Shown piece by piece: positions 12,763-25,703 of a stretch of 64,000 bases of DNA. Positions within the stretch are counted from its first letter, which is position 1; every line of letters begins with the position of its first letter. Source of the stretch: Macrostomum lignano. Taxonomy: Eukaryota. The translations under genes were made by a program, and so were the position numbers. The stretch covers positions 55,276 to 119,275 of the forward strand of contig NIVC01003105.1 in NCBI GenBank assembly GCA_002269645.1. The letters run 5' to 3'. The notes below the pieces were generated by a model, which worked only from the letters and a program-made list of their open reading frames with translations, made no database searches and had not been told where the DNA came from.

Positions 12763-15700
12763 ATGGGCTTGATGAGACTTTTCTACTACAAATATCTGAA
12801 CAGTGATGTTATAAAAGGATTTGATCGTTACAAGGTAAAAATATGGGTTATTTATTGTAAAAAGACTTTCATTCGTTTCAATGAGTTTTCAATTACAAAA
12901 TTACATTAGAGCTAGGCCCCATATTATGCAAATCTGCACATCTTAGGCTAGATTTCTATTGGTTTTATTTATTGTATAAGCGTGTACTATTACATTTTGC
13001 ATCAGATAATATACAACTTGAGCAATTATACCTTTCAATTTATAGTTCTTATCTTCCTCTTAGTGACAATCACTAGTAACATGCAAAATCATTTCAGTGA
13101 CAATACCATAGAAATAGGGCCTATCCTTTGGTAATAATCATTTTAGTACCTATGCCAGCTATTTTATATTGAACTTGGTTATGTTTATAAATATTATTTA
13201 GAAATTATAATCAAAGCTTTTATTTAAAAAGTATTCTGAGACATTTTTAGTTTGGCAGTGCTTATCCCCACGGTACCGTAGGAATAATTTCTGTCTTATT
13301 CCAACGGTACCGTGCGAATAATTTTCTGCTTATCCGCACGGCACACTGAGGAGATAGCTGCCCTATCTTCTACATATGCCGTGCGAATAATTTTCTGCTT
13401 ATCCGCACGGCACACTGACGAGATAGCTGCCCTACACGTCCTCTGTTTTATTCCCTCTGCTTTACTAGCTGCCCTATCTGCTACAATATGCTGTGCGTGA
13501 ATAGAACTTTATAGCTTATTGAAAGGGAATTTGAACTGAGGATACTAAGAAGCTGTTGATCTTGATGTATAAACTCGAATCAGTTCTAGACTAGTATATG
13601 CATGTGTAAATGCGTGTTATTCTGCTTTACTGATACCCTTCTGTATACTTATTCAACAATAATTCAACAAAGTTGTTATACTGCACTCAAATCGTATGTA
13701 CTAAACTTCCCACGGCATATGTAAAAGATAGGGCAGCTATCTCCTTAGTGTGCCGTGCGGATAAGCAGAAAATTATTCGCACGGTACCGTTGGAATAAGA
13801 CAGAAATTATTCCTACGGTACCGTGGGGATAAGCACTGCCTTTTAGTTTATTTAATTTTCTTTGTTTACTCCTAAATTCTAAAATATGCAAATATTTTAA
13901 ATATATAATATTTATAATCATGTTTTATTATTGTACCTTATATAATTAAAGTATTTTCATGTTTTTTATATTGCTTGTAGCTAATAAGCTAAGATATAAA
14001 CTATACTTTGGATCATATAATATACTATATTCAGGAAGGTGGCATATGCATGCCAGAATTAAATTCGGGAAAAGGTTCCTATGTATGCCAAGTATGCCAA
14101 AAATTGGAAATATAATTGTCATGTATGCCAAAATTAAAAAGTTATGCAACTTTATTTTTGCACTGCAATAATAAAGGACCTTTTGTCCATTTTTATGTTT
14201 GACATTTATATTTATATTATAACAAAAAAAATGTGTCTATTTTTCCTTTACAACAATGTGCAGTTTCACAAAGTCCTAGTACTTAATTAAATAGCACTAT
14301 CACATTCTATTAATATTATTTTTCCTATTTGCATTCTTGTTATCTTTTAACTGTAACCTTTTTCTTTGAAATGTTGATATTTTTTGTTATAGAAACTGAA
14401 GATACTTGCATTTTCAAATAGCTTTGTATACCACTTATTGTATGCCAAAAGCAATTTTGTTGTGTATACAGTATGCCAAATGCAATTTTTTAAGATTTGA
14501 GTATGCCAAATGCATGCCAAATGAACTATGAAGGGCTAATACATGCTGGAATTTTCAAGCAAAAAGGCCACCTTGATTATGGGTAGTATATGCCCAAAAT
14601 TCAGGCATGCATTGGTCTTGTATGCAAAAAGTAGGCATGCACAGTTGGTGTGCATCACTACTAAGAAAATAGTAATATGTGCACACTTGGCATGCACTTT
14701 ATAAAATCATGTGGAGGAGTTGTTGTGAAGTAGAAAAAATATGAAAAAAGTTCATTCTTAAGTGTAAATTTCAAGCTTTCCAGGTTTTTTAAGGTTGTAA
14801 TAAAGCATTTAAACAAATTTTTGAATGTATCAATTTTCCATTAGAAATAGTATCACTGAAAAAGCAGAAAAATTAACCAAATTATCTGCTAAAAAGGATC
14901 GATTATGCAATCTATTATGCAATTCAAAAAGGTTATTTATTGTCACAATATAAAAATTCATTTATTGTCGCAACACCAGTGTAGTTTTGAGAATGGGCAT
15001 GGGCAATCACATTCTATAAATATTATATTTTTCTATTTTCATTCTTGTCATATTTTAACTATAACCTTTTTCTTTGAAATGTTGATACTTTTTGTTACAG
15101 AAACTAAAAATACTTGCATTTTCAAATAACTATATCACTTTTTGTCTCAATTTTATTTATTTTTATTTATTATTTATTATTATTTATTATTTATTTATTT
15201 TCAACTCAATTTTTTTTCTGCATGCATTTGTAATTATTCAATTTTTGTTTGGGCATGCACCTAGCATGATCTAGACTATAGGATATAAACAATGCAAATT
15301 TACATATTTGATTTGCACAATGGATAACCTACAATAAAATCTCTGCATAGGCCATAGATATATACTTTGAGAATATAAGACAAGAATAGGTCTAGTCAAA
15401 AATTGCAAGGTCTAGGTCATATAGTAAGTAGATAAAAACTTCTTAGCCTAGCTTAAGCAGCTTTTGTCTAGTGATAATTGCAATGTAGGAGCTGATATTA
15501 TTATGGAGGAAGTAGATAGAGCTATAGTTCAAGTTGAAACTACTTAGTTCTACTTAGTTGAAACTAAGTAGCTAAGCAATCAAGTTTTTAGCAATACAGC
15601 TATGTAATATAGGATTACAGTCATTTTGGTAACAAGACATTTCGGTGGCAAGCAAAAGTCATTTTGGTGACATGAAAAATACCCTTTAATGATTGTTCAC

Positions 15701-18700
15701 TTCAGAAATTTGGTGCAAATAATAAAATTGAAAAAAAACTTTTTTTTAAATAAAAAAAGAATAAAATGATATAGCCATTTTGTTTTTAAACCATAAATTA
15801 CCTTGAAAATCTTAAGGGATATCAAACCCTAACTTTTTAATAATTTTCTGCAATGGTTGAGTATTGCTTTATTTAATTTTCTTTATTTACAATTCCAGAG
15901 TTGCAATCTTTTGAATTTATATCAATATAATTACAATTGTGTCTAGTGAATATCTGCTTTTCTCATAGTCAGCATTTCATGTGGATTTTCAATGGCTTTA
16001 TGTTTATGTGTCTGAATATTCTGGGACAATTCAAAACAATCTGCACAGAAAGAAAACCATGTAATTAGTTTAATTTCTTTTCCTACATATACTAATCTTT
16101 TGACTGAAAATTTCAAATATGAATGAACATAAATCGTAACAAAATAATTACAAGATGATATTATTAGGCACTTGCTGTCACTAAAATGACTATACTTATA
16201 AATTCTTTAATTTTTTATCAAAAAAGTGTCTGTAACAAAAGCAACTTGTTACCAAAATGGCTATTTGTCACCAAAACATCTGTCACCAAAATGACTTGTC
16301 ACTGAAACAACCAGTACCTGTAATATTTCTGGTATTGGGTGGCAGCAGTTCAAATAATAGTACTTTTGATGTCCTGATAAGGTTTAGGGTGCCTCTGCAC
16401 TGCTTATATTAGCATGTAACATTGTTTGTATGTCATAAGTAAAATATTTTTCTATATGCAATAGTCCATTCCAGTCTATCAGATGCATATACTTATAGCT
16501 GCCATTTCCTACCCCCATGTGCAGCATAGATAAGGAACCCATTTAACTGAAGCATATAGAATAAATATTTCTATGTATAGTACATAGTTAAGACTAAAGC
16601 TACCAATGATTTATGAGCCACTCTAAGCCAGACCTATAAAACAACCCATTTTAGAAAAAAAATATAATAAACTGTTAAGTTTAATTTTGGAAAGCAAATA
16701 AATAAGAATTTTGAATATTATATGTTCATTTTCATAGCTAGAGATGATTGGTTTAAATAATAATTCCAATGAGCATTATAAGCCATATTGATTTAAAAGA
16801 CATGCATTTTTATTGGATATTAAAATTTCAAAGTTAAAATGAAACACAACCAAATTTATAAGCTATCAAATCCAAAGAAATAAGTGCAAGAACTTTTTGG
16901 ATGACCAGACACATATATTTTATTACATTATTTTGCCATTCCTTAAGCAGTAAGAGTAGGCTGAATATGGTTATTGGAAGATTTTCTTATAAGCATACAT
17001 CTAATAGATATTGGCCACTCAATGACCAAGAATTAAAATACTATTGAAGTGCAATGGAAATAAAGAAATGTTGCTAGTTTAAAAGCTTTTGTCAAAGGAA
17101 CTCCAATAATTCCTTAGAGTTAGACTCAAGCAATATAGATTTTTGATGCTATATGTAAATAGCATGGTTGGGCTAGTAAGACTAAAGTTAAGATAAATAT
17201 AATCCTAGTCATTATTTTTGTATAATAAATAAATAAGACACTTTTAATGACTGAAAGTTTAAATTATTGCTATCACTCTACTTTCTTATTATGTTATATT
17301 GTGAATGATAAATTAACTGTTGCCATCAGGGTTAACTTCATTAAAATTTATAGAAGTTATAAGAAAGTTATAAGTTATAAATATAGATAGACTATAAAAA
17401 TATATAGAGCATAGCATATAAAGCATATATAGAGGTTGTGTTGAAGCTAATTGTACAATTGTGTCGAAGCTAATTGTAATAACTAAAATATCTCCTTCAT
17501 CTACCATTCTTTATATTAGTATTCATCTCAGGACACGAGCCCGTTCTCCAACTATGTGATGCATCCATTTTGGGGCTGGCTTGTCCAGGTAAGCAATAAT
17601 AATAATAAATTAGTCTAGTACTAGCAATCTACGCCCCCCGTTGGGGAGCCAAATAAATGCAATACACGTTTTTTTAATAAGCTACATGTATCCTTGAAAT
17701 CTTAAAAAATCTCCTGTCAAACCTTGTAAGCCTTGACATGTCAGTAATTCCCCCCCCCCCACAAGCTTTGACATATCAACTTCCCCCCTTGACATCTCAG
17801 CAATGCCCCCAATAAGCCTTGGAAATCTAAAAATATCTGTCAACCTTCTAACCCTAGCCTAACCCTAACCCTAACCCTAGCCCTAACCCTAACCCTAACC
17901 CTAACCTAACATTGAAATTTCAGTAATTCTCTCTAAGAGTCACTATAGCACTACTACAGCATTATAGCGATTTCCTGCAAGCCTCGACATCGTAGGGATT
18001 CCCAAATGAATCTCTTAACTTCGACATGAAGCTTCTTTTATTTTTTACATTACGCTTTTTTTATCAGCGATCCCTCCCCTGAGGAGGCATCAAATAATGT
18101 AATAAAAAGTTTTCAATAAACTACATGTAGCTTCTGACTTTAGCCTTGAAATCTCATTTATACCCCGTGAGCCTTGACATCTCAGCTATTCCCCCGTAAG
18201 CCTTAACATGTCAGCGATGGCCTCCATAAACCTTGAAATCTAAAAAATCCCCTGTTATTCTGTTAACCTTGAAACCCGATAAAATATAACCCTCAACCCA
18301 CACCTGACCTAAACCTAACTTTAACCCAACCTAAAGCCTTGAAATCTCAGCAATTCTTCTCCCCTAAGCCTTGACATTTTAGTGATTCCTTCTTTAAGAA
18401 TCAAGCACTATAACGATTTCCACCAAGCTTTGACATCGTAGCAATTCCCAAATGAATCTTTTAACTTGAACATGACTTTTCTTTTATGTATAGCTCGTAC
18501 ATACGCTCGTAGTGCTACTTTTATTTTTTACATGACTCTTCTTCTATAAGCGCCTCCCGTGGCGAGCCAACAAAGAATGCAATAAAAAAATTGAGTAAAG
18601 TACATGAACTTTGAAGTAGCTTCTGACTTTTGCTTTGACATCTCAGAAACCCCCCCCCCGTAATCTCAGCAGTTATTCTCTGAGAGCCTTTACGTCTCAG

Positions 18701-21700
18701 TTTTTCTCCCCAGCACAGCATTATAGCTGCATTTAATTTTTGATTTTTATGATTTTCTATGATTTTTAAATAACGCTTCTACGATTTTTACATCACGCTT
18801 CTATGATTTTTTACATGACGCTTCTATGATTTTTTACATGACGCTTCTATGATTGTTTACATGACGCTTCTATGATTTTTTAAATGACGCTTCTATGATT
18901 GTTTACATGACGCTTCTATGATTGTTTACATGACGCTTCTATGATTTTTTACATGACGCTTCTATGATTGTTTACATGACGCTTCTATGATTGTTTACAT
19001 GACGCTTCTATGATTGTTTACATGACGCTTCTATGATTCTTTACGTGACGCTTTTATGATTTTCACATGACGCTTCTATGATTTTTTTAAATGACGCTTC
19101 TATGATTGTTTACATGATGCTTCTATGATTTTTTAAATGACGCATCTATGATTTTTTTACATGACGCTTCTATGATTCTTTACATGACGCTTCTATGATT
19201 GTTTACATGACGCTACTATGATTTTTTTACATGATGCTTCTATGATTGTTTACATGACGCTTCTATGATTGTTTACATGACGCTTCTATGATTTTTTCAT
19301 GACGCTTCTGTGATTGTTTACATGACGCTTCTATGATTGTTTACATGATGCTTTTATGATTGCTTACATGACGCTTCTATGATTGTTTACATGACGCTTC
19401 TATGATTGTTTACATGACGCTTCTATGATTGCTTACATGACGCTTCTATGATTGTTTACATGACTCTTCTATGATTTTTTACATGACGCTTCTATGGTTG
19501 TTTACATGACGCTTCTATGATTTTTACATGACGCTTCTATGATTTTTTATATGACGCTTCTATGATTTTTTTAAATGATGCATCTATGATTTTTATATGA
19601 CGCTTCTATGATTTTTTACATGACGCTTCTATGATTGTTTACATGACGCTTCCATGATTTTTTAAATGACGCATCTATGATTTTTGCATGACGCTTCTAT
19701 GATTTTTTAAATGACGCTTCTACGATTTTTACATGACGCTTCTATGATTGTTTACATGACGCTTCTATGATTGTTTACATGACGCTTCTATGATTGTTTA
19801 CATGACGCTTCTATGATTTTTTTACATGACGCTTCTATAATTGTTTACATGACGCTTCTATGATTTTTTACATGACGCTTCTATGATTGTTTACATGACG
19901 CTTCTATGATTGTTTACATGACGCTTCTATGATTCTTTACGTGACGCTTCTATGATTTTCACATGACGCTTCTATGATTGTTTACATGACGCTTCCATGA
20001 TTTTTTAAATGACGCATCTATGATTTTTATATGACGCTTCTATGATTTTTTTAAATGACGCTTCTATGATTGTTTACATGATGCTTCTATGGTTTTTTAA
20101 ATGACGCATCTATGATTTTTATATGATGCTTCTATGATTTTTTAAATGACGCAACTATGATTTTTATATGACGCTTCTATAATTTTTTATATGACGCTTC
20201 TACGATTTTTTACATGACGCTACTATGATTTTTACATGACGCTTCTTTTTAAAAAGTCTTTTAGTTTTCCTGACGTTGAAAAGCTTTAATTAAAAAAATT
20301 ATACTCTATGAAAATTCGAACCATCGTCGCTGCATTTAGCAGTTCAGTCTGTTCACCTCTAGGCTAGTTCTCATCTTTTTGATAACATCAAATTTTGCAC
20401 TTATATATATATATAATTCAACAGTTTAAAATCCAAGCATAGAGTAAATCACACGAAGCAGTTATGACATAATCAGTTTCTCAGTCAGTCAGTATCAGTT
20501 AACAATATGGTTACGCAATTTAAATCAAGTCTGGTGCTACGCTTCCACACTGCATTTTCAATTCAAGTCGGAGTTACAATTCAGTGATGATGCAATCTAT
20601 TTCAGAACCAGAATTCAACCAGTCAGTTTTTTCTCTAGCATTCTTACAATGCATTTCAAGTCGAAAAGTTTGCTTGACCTTTGCAAAAAAGCATGTTTTT
20701 CGAATATTTAATGCCTTTAGCATCGAGCAATTTCTTAGCCGCGATGCATGTACAGTCACGGGAAAATTTCTGATCGAACAGTGCAAGTTTGAACAAAATC
20801 GGTCCAGCCATTTTTTCTCTAATCGATCACATAGATAGATAGATAGATAGATAGATAGACACAGACAGACCATTTTTAGTATATAGGATTGCTTTGTACA
20901 TGCCATAAAAGCATAATTATTAGACACTTGAAATTGCAGTTCCTGCCTCGATGGTTGGCGCCTAACCTGCTAACTGTCACTGGCTTCCTCTGCCTGGTTG
21001 TCAATGCCCTATTGGCTGTGTACTTTGATCCTGAGATGTACGCTTCATCTGCTGAGTATTCCCAGTTTCCAGCTATTCCAGCTGGATTCTGGCTGGCTAG
21101 TGCAGCACTGGGGTTCATTTCGCACACATTGGGTAATCGCTGCATTGATTTATTGATTGATGGTTCAATTGTAAAGTAAATTATGAGCTTCAGATAGAGA
21201 CTGTATGAGAAAATCAGGTGGCCGTGAGAAACTGAGATAGACTGTATGAGAAACTCAGATGGCCGTGAGAAACTGAGATAGACTGTATGAGAAACTCAGG
21301 TGGCCGTGAGAAACTGAGATAGACTGTATGAGAAACTGAGATAGACTGTATGAGAAACTCAGGTGGCCGTGAGAAACTGAGATAGATTGTATGAGAAACT
21401 GAGATAGACTGTATGAGAAACTCAGGTGGCCGTGAGAAACTGAGATAGATTGTATGTGAAACTGAGATAGACTGTATGAGAAACTCAGATAGACTGCATG
21501 AGAAACTCAGATAGACTGCATGAGAAACTCAGATAGACTGCATGAGAAACTCAGATAGACTGCATGAGAAACTCAGATAGACTGCATGAGAAACTCAGAT
21601 AGACTGTATGAGAAACTCAGATAGACTGCATGAGAAACTCAGATAGACTGCATGAGAAACTGAAATAGAATCGCCCTCGAACCCCTCAGACGGCATGGAC

Positions 21701-22003
21701 GGCAAGCAGGCCCGCAGGACGGGCACCGGCTCCCCAGTTGGCGAGCTGCTGGACCACGGCCTGGACTCGTGGACCACCCTGCTGTACCCCATGATTGCCC
21801 ACGCCGTGTTTGGCCGCGGCAGATTCGGGGTTGATCCGGGCAGGCTCTACTTGATCTACCTGGCCGTGATGGGCCAGTTCTACCTGTCCCACTGGGAGAA
21901 ATACGTCACCGGGGTGCTGTTCCTGCCGTGGGGCTACGATCTCAGCCAGGTGAGGGCTGTGTCTGTCTGTCTGTCTGTCTGTCTGTGTGTCTGTCTGTCT
22001 GTG

Positions 22004-22046
<43 letters not shown>

Positions 22047-22059
22047 GTGTCTGTCTGCC

Positions 22060-22102
<43 letters not shown>

Positions 22103-22149
22103 ATGTCTGTCTGTCTGTCTGTCTGCCTGTCTGTCTGCCTGTCTGTCTT

Positions 22150-22180
<31 letters not shown>

Positions 22181-25100
22181 GCCTGTCTGTCTGTCTGTCT
22201 GTCTGTCTGTGTGTCTCTGTGTGAGCTGGTGCACCCATGTATGCATGCGTCAGCGAGCACCCTGGTGCCGTCCCACAAGCAGCGCTGAGGCAATCGTGCC
22301 CACTCCGCTGACTCCTGAGCACATAGAAGAGCGTCGAGCTGCTCGTCTGCTCTGAACTGGCTGTGGATCGACTATGGCTTTGAACTGCTCTTAAATACTA
22401 AATCCTCTTTGCTTCCATTAAAAGAAAATCCCATCTAAACTTGAACCTCTCCCAGGTCGCTCTGGTCGGCCTTTACCTCGCCACCTACGTGCTAGGCACT
22501 GATTTCTGGCAGGATTTCGCCATCGGAGACTTCACCTACCCGGATATTGCTGTGGCTGTTGTGTACGGTAAGGCAGCAGCTGGTGCCAAAATAATCGTAC
22601 CTTTTTTGCAAAAAATTGTTTTTCGAGTTGCCTCTAGTAAACAATAGTATCCGCCCTAGCAACGATTAAAGTGGCGCCGAGCAACCATCTAAAATCGCCC
22701 CCAGCAACCATTTAGAATCGCCCCTAGCAACTATCTATAATCGGCCCTAGCAACGATCTAGAATCGGCCCTAGCAACGATCTAGAATCGCCCCCAGCAAC
22801 CATTTAGAATCGCCCCTAGCAACCATCTAGAATCGCCCCTAGCAACCATCTAGAATTGGCCCTAGCAACAATTTAGAATCGGCCCCAGTAACTACCAGAA
22901 TCGTCACTAACATTAAAAATCTCCATAGAAAATCGCCAACAAAAATCCCCCACCCGCTTTATCCTTCATCATCCCCATAGGCGGATTCTGGACCATGTGC
23001 GTGCCGCTGACGATCTACAATGTGGCCAAGGCATTCCGGGCTGGAACCAACCGGAAGTCAGGCCTGGTAGCTTCTGTCGAACCTCTGGCCGCGGCCTTTC
23101 TTCTATTGGCCTCATCAGCCGCTTGGGCCTATTATTCGCCTAACAATGTTTTGCACGCTTCGCCGCGACTGTTCTTCACCGCCTTTGGCACCGTGTTCAC
23201 CAATATCGCTGTGAGTTCCATTGTCGCCAATACCGTCCTGTCTATCTCCCCCATTCCTCCCTGTCTATCTCCCCCATTCCGCCCTGTCTATCTCCCCATT
23301 CCGCTGTCTATCTCCCCCATTCCGCCCTGTCTATCTCCCCCATTCCGCCCTGTCTATCTTCCCCATTTTGCCCTGTCTATCTCCCCATTCCGCCCTGTCT
23401 ATCTCCCCCATTTTGCCCTGTCTATCTCCCCCATTTTGCCCTGTCTATCTCCCCATTCCGCCCTGTCTATCTCCCCCATTTTGCCCTGTCTATCTCCCCA
23501 TTCCGCCCTGTCTATCTCCCCATTCCGCCCTGTCTATCTCCCCATTCCGCCCTGTCTATCTCCCCCATTCCGCCCTGTCTATCTCCCCATTCCGCCCTGT
23601 CTATCTCCCCATTCCGCCCTGTCTATCTCCCCCATTCCGCCCTGTCTATCTCCCCCATTCCGCCCTGTCTATCTCCCCCATTCCGCCCTGTCTATCTCCC
23701 CCATTCCGCCCTGTCTATCTCCCCCATTCCGCCCTGTCTATCTCCCCCATTCCGCCCTGTCTATCTCCCCCATTTTGCCCTGTCTATCTTCCCCATTTTG
23801 CCCTGTCTATCTCCCCATTCCGCCCTGTCTATCTCCCCCATTTTGCCCTGTCTATCTCCCCATTCCGCCCTGTCTATCTCCCCCATTTTGCCCTGTCTAT
23901 CTCCCCATTCCGCCCTGTCTATCTCCCCCATTTTGCCCTGTCTATCTCCCCATTCCGCCCTGTCTATCTCCCCATTCCGCCCTGTCTATCTCCCCATTCC
24001 GCCCTGTCTATTTCCCCATTCCGCTCTGTCTATCTTCCCCATTCCGCTCTGTCTATCTTCCCCATTCCGCCCTGTCTATTTCCCCATTCCGCCCTGTCTA
24101 TCTTCCCCATTCCGCTGTCTATGTCCTCTATCCCGCCCGTCCAATGCAATTCAATATCACTAGTTGCATACTGATTCGGTATGTGCCAGTTTGCACCTCA
24201 CTGCACAGGCAAACGCATTTTCATACGTATTAACTCTTTGCAATCCATTGTATTTTATTCCACTTACTTGACTTCTTTAGTCTACTTAAGAATATAACAC
24301 ATGTTAAATGCAAATTTCACAAAGTTTTTCTGTCCCAGATATCCGACTAAAACCGTAGCAACTTCTGGATTATATAATTTTGTATATGCAAATCTGCCAG
24401 CAAAGCTATAAAGTTCTTAGCAGCTGCTTTTTCTGTTTCTTTTGCCAACGGAAATTTCTATATTATTATACATGTATAGCTTCTTAGTTGGTCGTGTGTC
24501 CTAGAACCCGCACTGCTATGAATGACATTTTCAGTCGGTCGGTAGGGCTGCCGTGTGATTACCGGTTTTTTTTAAACAACACCCCAGACGAGGCCAATGG
24601 GCCTCTCTATCTGTGCGTCTCTTTCCAGGGGAATTCCGGCATACCTGAAGTGCCTCATACCCTCTCGCGCATTTGTAGACAGGACACTGCTCCTTCCGGC
24701 TGCCTGTTTTAAATTGATTCGCCCTTTTTTAAAAATGTACTTTTAGTTAGTCAGGTGATGAAGGAATCTGTATCGTACGAATTTTCATCCAAATAAATAT
24801 ACAGGGTCGGGCGCATGGTTCCAGGTTTGTGACACTGGTGGGGATGGGGTGTATTGGAAAATCAGCAAATTTCATGGTTAATTTTGCATGACAAGTTTAT
24901 ATGAACTTTTTTGTCCCAGTTGCCCTATCCTCTTCTGCCCTATGTCTTCCTCTCCCTCTCGCCCCTTCACCCTAACCCTCTGTTTCACGCTATCTATCTA
25001 CGTTACACGTAGACACGTATCACGCTCTATCTCGCCTATATCTCTGTCCCTCTGCCTCCCCCTTCCCCCTTCCCCTTTCACCCTCTTCCATCACTCTCTC

Positions 25101-25703
25101 TCTCTCCACTCTCTCTCTCCATCACCCTCTCCCCATCACCCTCTCTCTACCTCACCCTCTCCCCTCACCCTCTCTCCCCCACACCTTTTCCCTCTCCCCA
25201 TCACCCTTTCCCCTCCCCCCTCTCCCTTACCCTCTCCCTATCACCCTCTGTTATCACCCTCTTCCCATCACCCTCTTCCCATCACCCTCTCCCCATCACC
25301 ATCTCCCCTCACCCTCTCTCCCCCTCTCCCGCTCTCTCCCTCACCCTCCCCCCTCAATATCTATCTTCTCCCCTGTCCTTTCCCAAACTTTCTTCCCTTC
25401 CCACCTGTATCTGTGTTACCCCCCCCATAATTCCCTCAATTTCAGTGCCGCCTGATTGTCAGCCAGATGAGTCAGACTCGTTGCGAACTGTTTAATACTC
25501 TTGGCTGTCTGTATTGTCTGACCGTTGCCGGGCTGTTGCTACGGCGATCGTCGCTGCAGTTCGAATTGGCCTGCCTCGGCTGTCTGACTGTCGTGGCTGT
25601 GGTCGCGCATCTGCACTATTGGTGCTGCGTTGTGCGACAAATGCTGGACCACTTCGGCCTGCGCGCCTTTGTCATTGTCGACAAGGGCGTCAAGGCTAAG
25701 TAG
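12763..25703 (+). CDS. SELENOI: Ethanolamine phosphotransferase EPT1/SELENOI orthologue (CDP-alcohol phosphatidyltransferase), 397 aa, no Sec. Exons 12763-12834, 17520-17588, 20940-21132, 21690-21949, 22456-22567, 22981-23210, 25446-25703
   Basis: All junctions are GT-AG with compatible phases (0,0,1,0,1,0) and sum to 1194 nt. Catalytic motif [26 protein letters not shown]. Family motifs [51 protein letters not shown] and CRLIVSQMS match EPT1/SELENOI. Confidence 0.93.
13254..13840. mobile_element. Non-autonomous Mutator(MULE)-like MITE: ~130-bp terminal inverted repeats, 9-bp TSD TTTTAGTTT
   Basis: 13254-13383 is the near-perfect reverse complement of 13711-13840. The same 9-mer lies at 13245-13253 and 13841-13849. 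No ORF. Confidence 0.9.
14570..15290. repeat. AT-rich dispersed repeat (TATGCC-rich), paralogous to ~52700-54500 in the same orientation
   Basis: Long co-linear similarity, e.g. CTAAGAAAATAGT, GTAATAAAGCATTTAAACAAAT and GTAATTATTCAATTTTTGTTT occur in both copies. Confidence 0.75.
15612..16318. mobile_element. Degenerate TIR element with inverted subterminal GTCATTTTGGTGAC repeats; possible 9-bp TSD (TGTAATATA / TGTAATATT)
   Basis: Motif repeats at 15620-15675 are mirrored at 16240-16305. The flanking 9-mers differ by one base. Confidence 0.5.
17640..18720. repeat. About 2.3 diverged copies of a ~470-bp unit, including a degenerate (CCCTAA)n telomere-type tract at 17848-17910
   Basis: CTACATGTA.CCTTGAAATCT-type motifs recur near 17680, 18120 and 18600. 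About ten CCCTAA-like hexamers at 17848-17910. Confidence 0.7.
18735..20245. repeat. 22-23 bp minisatellite (TTACATGACGCTTCTATGATTGT) in SELENOI intron 2
   Basis: Tandem units seen directly. Confidence 0.97.
20560..20890 (+). mobile_element. 3' part of a HINE/Lep1-like non-autonomous rolling-circle element (AAATCGGTCCAGCCATTT...(GATA)n ACAGACAGAC...TTTTAGTATATAG)
   Basis: The order AAATTTC..AAATCGGT..microsatellite..TATATAG resembles invertebrate Helentron-associated repeats. Assignment is from motif memory only. Confidence 0.45.
21195..21665. repeat. 22-bp minisatellite (GAGAAACTCAGATAGACTGCAT) with a 19-bp variant, in SELENOI intron 3
   Basis: Tandem units seen directly. Confidence 0.95.
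21957..22215. repeat. (TCTG)n microsatellite in SELENOI intron 4
   Basis: Seen directly; begins about 7 nt after the donor. Confidence 0.97.
22665..22910. repeat. 23-bp minisatellite (CGCCCCTAGCAACCATCTAGAAT) in SELENOI intron 5
   Basis: About 10 diverged tandem units. Confidence 0.9.
23236..24125. repeat. 22-23 bp minisatellite (CCCTGTCTATCTCCCCCATTCCG) in SELENOI intron 6
   Basis: Tandem units seen directly. Confidence 0.97.
24950..25420. repeat. CT-rich low-complexity tract before the last SELENOI exon
   Basis: Degenerate CCCTCTC/CATCACCCT repeats. Confidence 0.85.

Noticed and set aside
18735-20245. CRISPR-like appearance of the 22-35 bp repeat arrays
   Set aside because: There are no unique spacers and no cas genes, and the context is eukaryotic introns.
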